DNA of 64,000 nucleotides from Octopus bimaculoides (Eukaryota): NCBI RefSeq assembly GCF_001194135.2, contig NC_068998.1, positions 50,972,717 to 51,036,716 of the forward strand, read 5' to 3'. Shown piece by piece: positions 54,398 to 64,000 of this stretch (position 1 is its first letter; each line of letters starts with the position of its first letter). The notes under the pieces were generated by a model. It saw only the letters and a program-made list of their open reading frames with translations, ran no database searches and was not told where the DNA came from. The position numbers and the translations under genes were made by a program.

Positions 54398-54801
54398 ATC
54401 GCTATAAATAGTAAGTTTGTAATAGTTTGCAGTATTCAGTGTCCCAGCTGTAACATGGTTGATTCGGTCATTTTGCACTGTGTTTTGGAAAATTCCAAGT
54501 AGTAAAATTTTCTCTTTGTAGACCTGAAGAAAACGTTTTGTTTCTGCGCGATGTAACGCTTTTATTGATCAGCAAAGAAAACGACTGAAAGAAATCTGTG
54601 TTATTGTTTATACGCACATACATTGATACATGTATGTGCATATACACAACCACACACACAGTGCGCATGCGCACACAAACGCACACACATATACATATAT
54701 ATATATGTTATATTTTAACATCTCACTTCGTTAAAACCATTAAAGGTATCACAATAAAATATCAGAGAAAACCATATGGAACAAATATAAACTGGTTGCA
54801 G

Positions 54802-54873
54802 TGAGGAGAAACAGCTGTTACATTATTTCTGAATATAAAAGACATGGAAACAAATAAGGAAACATTTCATGAT
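54802..54873 (+). promoter_or_regulatory. Gene C core promoter: CAGCTG (54812) and TATAAAA (54834)
   Basis: Same motif arrangement as A and B. Confidence 0.7.
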
Positions 54874-54902
54874 CGGACGGTCATTGAAAAGGAAAAACCA
54901 CG

Positions 54903-54936
54903 ATGAAATATTCTCTGTATTTTCTTTTAATTATCG
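54903..54936 (+). CDS. Gene C coding exon 1 (MKYSLYFLLII)
   Basis: ATG at 54903; donor G|GTAAGT at 54937. Confidence 0.8.
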
Positions 54937-55011
54937 GTAAGTAGTTACAAGACAAACGTTTTTTATCTTCATAAATGTTTCTATTTAATTTGTGGATATC
55001 ATTTAATCTAC

Positions 55012-55102
<91 letters not shown>

Positions 55103-56243
55103 TTCCAAGCATACGCATACACACCTGTACACAAACACTAAATTAATCATAGCTTTACATGCTTCGAGATATACTCTTTCCAAAGAATTATTTCATGTCC
55201 TCCCGAACATTCATAAATAACTACGACGTCAGAAATAGACATGCACGCACACACACACACACATAAACACACACATACACACACAAAAGTAAAGTCACTA
55301 AGTTAGCGAGCCATGTATGATGTTTTGAAGACCAACTGCACACCACATACAATCAAGTGGAGAATCATAGAGAAATCCATGCCATATGTAAATGGATCAA
55401 AGTAATGTAACTTTTGCGTAGCAGAATGACGTACATTCCTTTCCGATCTAAAAATTTCACCGCACTACTTAATTCCAGATACGAAATTTCCAGTAAATGC
55501 AAGCAAATGGTCAAATCTGATTTGGTAAACTGGAGTCTATCACGCTCATCCGATTGAGAAATTGTATGGCAAATTTTGTCCCCCTCTCTGTTGAATTCCT
55601 CTACAACAACTAGTTTAATTATGGCTTCTACGATGAAACACGACGTAACCCTAATTTTCTTTCTTTTCCGTTTAATCAACTTTCACTTTTGCATCAACTT
55701 TCTTCCCGATTTTAGGTTTGTATTTTCTCGTATACCAGCGTACTGGTTTGCAAAGAGGAAACATCATGTGCTCAGAGTCTCAAGTTGCTTGGTGTCGCAA
55801 GGCACGTTATGAAAACATCATTAGCCGCTTGTTTTCGAAGCAAGAAACAATAACCAGTACATATATTTATGCTGTGTACATTAAATGATGTTCACAACGT
55901 AAAGATAAGTACTACTAACCGCTTGTTTAGATATAAAGGTTGAACGGTTTGGAATATGTGCGATCAATATAAATGCCAGGAATTACATATTAAAACAGTC
56001 TGACTTGTGCCTGATGAGTTAGGTTCGTTTTGTGAGCATGCGTAATATAAAATTGTAATCTTCAGGTGAATAAAGAAAAAAAATTAATACTTAGAATTCC
56101 TTGCAAAATATAACGTAGTGCAAAATGACACTTTCAAACAGGTTAGATTTTGCGTGATTACATTATATATATGAGTGTATGTATGTATATGTATACACAC
56201 ACACACTCACACACACATGCTTATATGTATATATATATGTATG

Positions 56244-56290
<47 letters not shown>

Positions 56291-56338
56291 ATGTATATAT
56301 ATATATGTGTGTATGTATATATATATATNNNNNNNNNN

Positions 56339-56385
<47 letters not shown>

Positions 56386-56386
56386 G

Positions 56387-56430
<44 letters not shown>

Positions 56431-58423
56431 AGTGTGCATTAGTTTCTGCGCGTGTTTTTTTGTGTGCATGGTTACATGAATAAACACACGTATTCCAAAT
56501 CATTCAACCTTTATATTTAACGAAGTTTTTGCAGAATGAATTCTTGCTGGGCTGTTTAGGTCACTGCTTTAATTTAATACTGTTTCAATCTCCTTCACCG
56601 AGTTTTTACCGTTCGGCTGTTACCCACCGATATCAATGAAATAATTATTCACGTTTGCTTATATATCGCGAAAAGAAATTCGTTCAAGAAGGTTGCACGT
56701 TCATGACAGGCCCAGTTAAGGGCGAAATATATCTAATATTGCCATGACTTACTGCTGTGATGACGCTCTTTTATCTGAGATATAAATTGTCTTTTAAATA
56801 CAACATTATTATGAAGAATGTTTTACTGATCCAATTGTACAGATTCATGTCTTCAAACGATGTGTATGAATTGTATAAATTTTGTATGATACACATATCT
56901 CGAGTTTCAAATTAAATTTTCATTATTTTAAACCGTTACTATATTTCTCAATCATTTTCATCATTCCGTGTTTATATTCTTCTAGTTATTTCAGTGATTG
57001 TTCTGCAGAAATGCTGGGGACACAGACCAGTTTGTAAGTAGATCATAACTACGTTCATCTGGATTATTCCAAGCATTACCAATGTGTGTTGGGGCTGAAT
57101 TAGTTTCACAGCTACATCTGAGAGCTTGAAAGAGACGTAAATGTGATGGCGTTTAAGTATGTTCTTATTCGAATATTCTGTGACGTGCGATGCACATCAT
57201 ACACTAATAGTTTTACAATATCGAGTCTGTGTTATTTATCATAACTCATTTTGGAATTTATAGTTGTAACAAACGGGGAGATACTTTCCACCAGACGTTT
57301 ACGTGTTTTAAGATAAACAATATATCAACAGACGTTTGTAAATTGTTAATACATATCAATAGTGAATAAATTAGAAGATTTTCAGTTGTGTATTACAGTC
57401 ATAATTGTAATGAGGCACCATTTTATGATTTCTGCGACATGAACGTAAAATGATTGTTAACATAAGAGTAATTTAGTAATATCAAAATATCCCTCTATTT
57501 GTAGACGCACCTAATTTGATAATATTAAAACACGGCACGATCATCTCATTTGTAAGACACGATTCTAATTTAGGTCGAAGAATATTAGTTTTGATGGGAA
57601 GGGGGTACACGGTACTATTCACCCCAATACCTGAGGAATATTTTAATTTCGAGACTTCGGATGGATGGAAAGCAAATGCATCATTACCAGAATGTGAACT
57701 TGGAACGTAAAGAGCGAGAAGAACTATCACAAGGTATTTTTTTCTGTTGCTATCACAATTCTGTTAATTCGACAGCACGAAATTGATAATGACACTGACA
57801 ATTTCCAGCTGATATCGCGGATTCAGACTGGAATTAGTGTAATTTATACTATATTTCTTAATATTTATTCTGTCTGGAAAGAATATTAAATAATACATTT
57901 TAATATGCAGATCGTCCTGATGTGGGCCATTGCTTTGATGAAGCGTATTGCCCAGGAGCCGAGAAAAAGTATCATTTTGATTATTACAGGGAAATTTTCT
58001 GCTCGTACGTATCCTTTTATTCTAACTATTAGTATTATTTCTCATTTAATATTAATTTAATATTTTCTAAATAAGCAAGTGCGCAATAAACTCTTTAAAA
58101 CTAATATTTCTTTATTGAGCACGCTGCTATAAGTTGTTGGTCAGATTGTAAGTGAATTTAAACATTAAACACACGATCAAATATCATAAAGCAAATTATG
58201 CCACGAAAAGATTTGCCCACAAACATCAAACATATAACGCCATACATTTTATGAACTAATTATATTGACCGAATTCTGTTTGTCTTGCAGACATATACTA
58301 AAGTATAAAGATTGTGCTAAGAAGAACAAAGATCAGCTGTGTATTGAGGTGCTGGATTCCTATTTCAAGTCGGTTTACTTCTGTCCTTGTATGAGATTTT
58401 TGTTTCTTTGCAACATACAATGA
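54903..58423 (+). CDS. Gene C: secreted cysteine-rich small protein, 99 aa, join(54903..54936,56995..57033,57911..58004,58291..58423)
   Basis: Spliced open frame: MKYSLYFLLIIVIVLQKCWG-HRPVYRPDVGHCFDEAYCPGAEKKYHFDYYREIFCSHILKYKDCAKKNKDQLCIEVLDSYFKSVYFCPCMRFLFLCNIQ*. Best-formed signal peptide of the three, 8 mature Cys, TATA at 54834, ATTAAA at 58515. No gaps in introns 2-3, so this copy defines the exon structure. Confidence 0.85.
55295..55530 (+). mobile_element. PLE GIY-YIG endonuclease relic, C-terminal half, in gene C intron 1
   Basis: TKLASHV*xLK...IKWRIIEKSMPYVNGSK*CNFCVAE...LLNSRYEISSKCK matches LSKHIWxLK...IKWxI...CNLCLxE...LLNKRxELxSKCRH. Confidence 0.8.
56995..57033 (+). CDS. Gene C exon 2 (39 nt, VIVLQKCWGHRPV)
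   Basis: Acceptor TAGTTATTTCAG, donor T|GTAAGT. Confidence 0.8.
57911..58004 (+). CDS. Gene C exon 3 (94 nt)
   Basis: Acceptor AATATGCAG, donor TC|GTACGT. Confidence 0.85.
58291..58423 (+). CDS. Gene C exon 4 (to TGA)
   Basis: Acceptor TTTGTCTTGCAG; 5 Cys including CPC. Confidence 0.8.
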
Positions 58424-58873
58424 GAAATCGTGAATCAGGGAGCTTAATTACTGACGGTAATGATGATGATGTAAATTCAATTACTACAAATGTGAATGTT
58501 TCCATTAATTCATAATTAAATGGTTAAAAATATTAGATTACTTTCTGTACAATTGATATTTATATAAACGATGGAGTATCAAAGATCTGCTTAGTGTATT
58601 ATGTTTTGCCTGCTTCTATTATTTCATATAAATTGTATGGGTTAAATGTAGATACAAAGAAAGTTTGAGGTTTAGTCAGGAAGAAAAAGATGCACTATCC
58701 CTTCAAGCAACGCCAAAGATTTAACTGTTTTACGTTTCAGGTGTGTTCAATGAAACATTAAAAGATTTAACTTAAAAACGCTCATAACTTAAGAAAACCT
58801 CTTTGGTTAATTTTAACTTAATTCCCTCCAATACAGATGTTGTAATAAGCATTCTTTTCTCTTCTCATTACAG

Positions 58874-58975
58874 TTCATATTCCTGTCAATTCCGAAGTTG
58901 TGAATAAGAAGTGTAAAAAATCAATACATGTATACATAAATAAAAATATAATAAATATATTGGTGTTGTCTTGTA
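58874..58975 (+). other. Candidate downstream terminal exon of gene C
   Basis: Identical to the B copy; AATAAA at 58939 and 58950. Confidence 0.4.
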
Positions 58976-59579
58976 ATTTTGGTTGAATTTTGTGGAAACA
59001 TGAGAAAGGGATTTCTATTGAATATCTCAATTTAGAGTCAAGTTAGAGTCGGGGATGAGTTTGGTTGTGTGCGTGGGATTTCCGTGATAATAGAGGTGAC
59101 TCTTACTTTAGTCAACATTAGAAATGAAACACATTTTTCAAGCCATAATTCTATATTAGGAAGTTATATTGAGGGCGTGTATACAAACGTGCGTTTGAAC
59201 GTCGAATCACTTAATCTACTAGCGTGAATGTACGTCTATAGGAAGCAGTGTAATATATATTATATTTCATAATATTCCCCATCGACCGATGAACTCCTAG
59301 GAATTCACTTTCAGATACAAAAATGCATCTATAGACATCTACACGAACAATTTGCGCAAATACATGTAAATATACATCACATTTTTCAAGCCATTATTTC
59401 ACATTCAACTAGAGCACATATGTAGTATAGCAACATTTATTTTCATTTATATTTACATATATGTATTCCTAATATATGACGTAATCACAGGTTCAGAATT
59501 AATTAAGTATTGGAACACGATCTGAAATAAGAACAGAAATACAATGGTTAGCGAAGTAATTGTTGTGAAGAGAGTTGAG

Positions 59580-59614
59580 AATGATTATTATTATCATCAT
59601 CATCATCATCATCA

Positions 59615-59695
<81 letters not shown>

Positions 59696-59748
59696 TCACT
59701 GCCTGGAATCGAACTCGGAATCTTAGGGTTAGTAGCCCGCGCTCTTAA
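59580..59748 (-). mobile_element. Short tRNA-derived SINE with (ATA)n tail
   Basis: Reverse complement TTAAGAGCGCGGGCTACTAACCCTAAGATTCCGAGTTCGATTCCAGGCAGTGACCTGA(ATA)n; its 5' end lies inverted at 59751-59782. Confidence 0.8.
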
Positions 59749-59816
59749 GTGCGGGCATATAGCGTAGTGGTTAAGAGCGCGGACAACTATCCCCAACATT
59801 ACTATCCCAACTATCC

Positions 59817-59915
59817 CTGATGAAGGCTGGAGGGTATGTCAGCAGAAATGTTGTGTTAACAACAAACAAGATGAGGATAAATATCCGTCAAATGTAAATA
59901 ATGTAAATAATGTAA
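59817..59915 (+). mobile_element. PLE terminal repeat fragment with degenerate type I hammerhead ribozyme
   Basis: CTGATGA-GCTG/CAGC stem-GAAA-TGTT, then ATGTAAATAATGTAAATAATGTA; the same tail fragment occurs at about 17998-18058. Confidence 0.6.
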
Positions 59916-60459
59916 ACCGAGTATACTTATATATATATTCTCACCTTGAATATTCATTTCAATTGGTTTCCAATTCCGTCACACCAGAATCGATATAAAA
60001 AGCACAAGTAATATAATGTATGAAGTCGTTAAACGTACCGAACCACTAACTTGTACTTTCTGTGTTGTATCTAAAACAGATATAAAATATGTTGTTTAAT
60101 TAGTTTTTAATTGATATATTATACACACATACAAACACACATACACCCATACAACCCTCCCACACACACAAGCAGACAAAATGTTTTCTTTTTATAGTTC
60201 CCCCCCAAAAAGAAAAAGATTGTTCCATCGGTTTTTCCAACAATTAAAAAAATAGATAGATAGATAGATAGAGTGATTGATTGATAGATAAGTAGGTGGG
60301 TAGTTAGATATGAAATAGATAGGCAGATGGAAAGACAGATCAACTGATTGATTGCCCCTTCAACATTGCCTATGTGGATTTTTACATCTCAAGAATCAGA
60401 TGTTTCAGAAAAATATAGTTTCACCATACAATTTTTAAAATAACCATGGAATCTCCACA

Positions 60460-60542
<83 letters not shown>

Positions 60543-61169
60543 ATAATAATATATATATATACAAGAGGCATTCCTTTTAATTTGAAATGAATGGAAAACC
60601 GATACTAGTCGGGTAAGTATTTACAAAATAAATTAACAAAAAACATTATCCTTTGGAAATTAATTCTCCGATGAGATGTTTGTAACAATAATTCTAAAAT
60701 GAAAAGAGGAAAAAAATTATACCTTACCCTCACAGACTTCTTCTCTTTGGAGAGCGAACATAAATCCAGAAAGACACCACCAAGGTCCTTTCTTTCTGGC
60801 ACAAGCGATATATTCATATAACCGACTGGAAATCAAACATAAATTGGCTGATAATATTCTAGAAAATGGTGGTCAGCACTGCTGGTTAAATCTGCCTGAT
60901 TTATGAAATGTATGGCACAGAGCCGACAGAGAAAAATATGGATTAACTCACTTCCCTTAAAATTATGTGTATAATTACGAAACCATTATTTGTAAATACG
61001 GAACGCTGAACAGACAGAATCAGTAAGGCCTTGCGCTAATTGCTCCGGCTGTTTGCGATCTGAAATGAAAATCCTGCTGAAGTCAATTTTAACCTTCATC
61101 CTTTTAAAACTGATAAAAAATTACCAATGAAGTACTGGGGTCGATAGGGCTCAATACCACAGACTTGCT

Positions 61170-61580
61170 TGCCAGTTGCTTGACCTTAATCAATGGAGCA
61201 TGTCTCTTAGTGACTGACGATATGTGCATCTCTGATCACGAGCAGAAGTAATGGGAAGCATCATAGTCTTGTGTTGAGAGCAATTCTTTGAGATTTGAAT
61301 AATTCACCTCTGAAAGCATAGGTGTTTTGCTGATCATCCTGAAACAACCATAATTCAGGGACCTTGTTGAGCAGGATGGGCTACTTGACCTAAGGAAAAT
61401 TGTAACTGGGTCCCCGACTGTAAGGTCATGCACTGTTTATCTTCACATGAGATCACTATGTCATGCAGATATAGTCGTGATGTATGCGCCTGGTGTACCT
61501 TCATCAGACGAGTAGTCATGATGGGTGTACTGGGCTTCGTATAATTTATACCAGTGTCACTTTGATGTCATGCACTCAAT
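61170..61580 (+). mobile_element. Unclassified retroposon 3' part with (AAT)n tail
   Basis: Its end (CAGACGAGTAGTCATGATGGG...AGTGTCACTTTGATGTCATGCACTC) recurs in reverse at 31400-31515. Confidence 0.65.
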
Positions 61581-61602
61581 AATAATAATACTAATGATGA
61601 TG

Positions 61603-61662
<60 letters not shown>

Positions 61663-61665
<3 letters not shown>

Positions 61666-61892
61666 TTCAGACAAATACATAACAAAAACACCAGGACTTA
61701 CAAATATATATAACATACAGAAAATTGCACTACTGGGTACTGCACACATTCTACGCAAAACACTTTCAATACAGTAAACATAAGAGCACCACAGCAAACC
61801 ACAGCACATACCCAAGGCGCACAGAGCTGCGCTCGGTAGTGAAGTGAAAGCACGTTATAAAAATAAAACTACTGAATAATAATAATAATAAT
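61663..61892 (+). mobile_element. R4/Dong-type element 3' end in a (TAA)n microsatellite
   Basis: SDKYITKTPGLTNIYNIQKIALLGTAHILRKTLSIQ* plus 3' UTR and (AAT)n on both sides. Confidence 0.8.
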
Positions 61893-62219
61893 AGGGTATA
61901 TACTTGCAAAAATCTTTTTTGTTATTAGGTGGAGGATATTTTTTCCAGGCTTCTGGACAATACTTGTCGCTCGCGCAATAATACATACCAAAAAGACCTG
62001 CAAATGTTCAGACTGTTAGCATATTAAAGAAATAGACAATAATTAAAGAAATAAACATTTGACTCCCAGCTGAAAGCATGTTATCAGCAGGAAACTATTC
62101 TAGGGAAAATTTGCAAACGGGAACGTATGTCTTGCATTGTTGTTTTGTACATGACAAAACCATTGCATGCATTGTGTGGCTTATTCATTGAGTCTTCATA
62201 TATATATAACGATCGTTCA

Positions 62220-62325
62220 AAACATACTGCACGAGACTTAACGAAATCGCTAAATTTAAGTCACACCTCAATCACAAGACACCTTCATGAACTAGAAAAA
62301 GGTGTCTAACATTGGTCAGTGAAGG
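62220..62325 (+). mobile_element. Mariner transposase HTH relic
   Basis: TARDLTKSLNLSHTSITRHLHELEK..SNIGQ resembles TTRELAxxLNVSHxTIxRHLHxLGKVSKLG. Confidence 0.5.
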
Positions 62326-62651
62326 AACGAAAATAAGTAACCAAACGCAACAAAATACAATGAAAATAATTAACGAAATAAATGAAACTATATCATATCC
62401 AGATATTTAATAAATTCTGTAACGAATGGTATATCCTGTTTATGATAAACAGCGAACTTCACTAACCTTTAGTACCAGATTCATGTTCCTCGTGATCTGA
62501 CAATACAAAATGTAACAATATAAAACAAGCATTGTACATAAATAAAAACATACATAGTGGGATGCATAGTGTACAAATATACTATATGCTATATATATAT
62601 ATATATATTTATTTATTCATATATTATATATACATATATGTAGATGTATAT

Positions 62652-62691
<40 letters not shown>

Positions 62692-62781
62692 GTATATTTA
62701 TACGTATAAGTGTCTAAATATATACGTATTATGTTACGTGTATGCACGTAAGCAACTACATGTATATGAGGATGAGGTTGC

Positions 62782-62822
<41 letters not shown>

Positions 62823-64000
62823 CATATACACATATATATGTGTGCATGTGTGTGTGGATATGTGTGTATATATGAGTACATACATACATGTTTGTGTGAG
62901 TGTGTACTTATATAGACGTGGACGAAGGAGGTTTATGTCTATGTATTGTGAGAATATAGGTGCGTGTATTTTTTTATCTTTTATCTTTTTTTCCATCTAT
63001 TAAAGTTACTTCCCTTTTATTTAACGGTTTTTCATAGTGTCTGTTGCCATTAATAGCCAACGGTAATGTATCGTAGCTCTTCGCTCCCAAATTCGAAACT
63101 CCGAGTACTATAATGACAACCTTTTGCTGTTTTGTCCAAATTATAACATGTATGTATATGTATGTGTGCGTGTGTTTGTACATACATAAATACATATATT
63201 ATGATAAAAAAGTAAAAGTTACATAAAGTCCTAAATTCTGCTCTACAGCTGTTCCGATGTTTAGAATGCAAATAACGGTTAGAATACAACGCCTGAACGC
63301 TGATTCAGTATATCAAACTATACACTATGCAATAGAATATATAAAATGTCTTATATGCCACCTAATATAATATATTATTTTAGATCTTAAACTTTGTAGT
63401 GACCTTAACGAGATTAGTTTTCCAAGAGATTATGGCAGCTACGGAGCTACAATTAATTAATTAGCTCATAATGGTCAAGCACCAACAACGCTAAGTCTTT
63501 AAACTTTGTGAGGTTTTTCTGTGTTAATTCTGTCATTCAATGGCAATGATCTGAAATATATTGTAACATTATTGTTCTTCTTTAAATCTTGTAAGTTTTT
63601 GGTTGGATAAATAAATTCTAAAATTTAAGATACGTACTTGGATCGCTGTGATTAACTTACCTTTCCAGATGCCATACCATAAAGGCGGTATTCCAATAAC
63701 TACAACTAATAGAAGAGTAAAATTGAATTAAAAAAAAACAAAGAGAAACAACAATTTTAATCAAGAATGTAAGAAGGAATTGAGTAATTCTGTAAATAAT
63801 AATGTTATTAAAATAGAGAGAAACTAGGTAGATCCATAGTTATAAAAATAGCAAAGCAAGAATATCGAAGCTGCTATATACAATAGATACATATGCATAC
63901 ACAAACGCACAAACATACACACACACATACTGACACATACATACATACACATATGCATAAGCACATACAGATTTATATATACTCATGTACATACATATAT

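Noticed and set aside
56005-56060. CTGATGAG hammerhead-like start in gene C intron 1
   Set aside because: No properly placed GAAA or helix I/III partner.
59751-59790. tRNA-like sequence
   Set aside because: Only a SINE head fragment; no complete cloverleaf or acceptor stem, so not called a tRNA gene.
59088-64000. A fourth paralogue after gene C or before gene A
   Set aside because: No further E-box/TATA plus ATGAAATAT exon or Cys exons seen; N gaps (up to about 1 kb each) are too short for a whole gene but could hide single exons.

Overview
AT-rich, microsatellite-saturated animal DNA with many N gaps, most abutting (TA)n runs. The SINE/LINE repertoire resembles a coleoid cephalopod, probably Octopus (inference from recalled repeat families; no search run). 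None of the supplied six-frame ORFs is a real gene: they are simple-repeat or gap artefacts, or transposon relics. I found no host gene in 1-38 kb, only tRNA-derived SINEs, a CR1-type LINE 3' relic, Penelope-like (PLE) relics and simple repeats. From 38.3 to 59.1 kb there is a hand-assembled tandem cluster of three paralogous + strand spliced genes (A, B, C). Each has an E-box/TATA promoter, four coding exons with identical intron phases (1,1,2), a signal peptide and a 6-8 Cys mature domain (99-104 aa). I recognise no family. Two features stand out. (1) Exon 2, which encodes the end of the signal peptide, and its splice acceptor align without gaps to the antisense 3' tail of a SINE/CR1 LINE that is abundant in this window, suggesting retroposon exonisation before the triplication. 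(2) Between B and C the coding exons diverge faster than flanking non-coding DNA, almost entirely by amino-acid-changing substitutions around a fixed Cys frame, as seen in toxin and defence peptides. The 3' end is ambiguous because a conserved downstream acceptor and poly(A) exon exists. All alignments and counts were done by eye.
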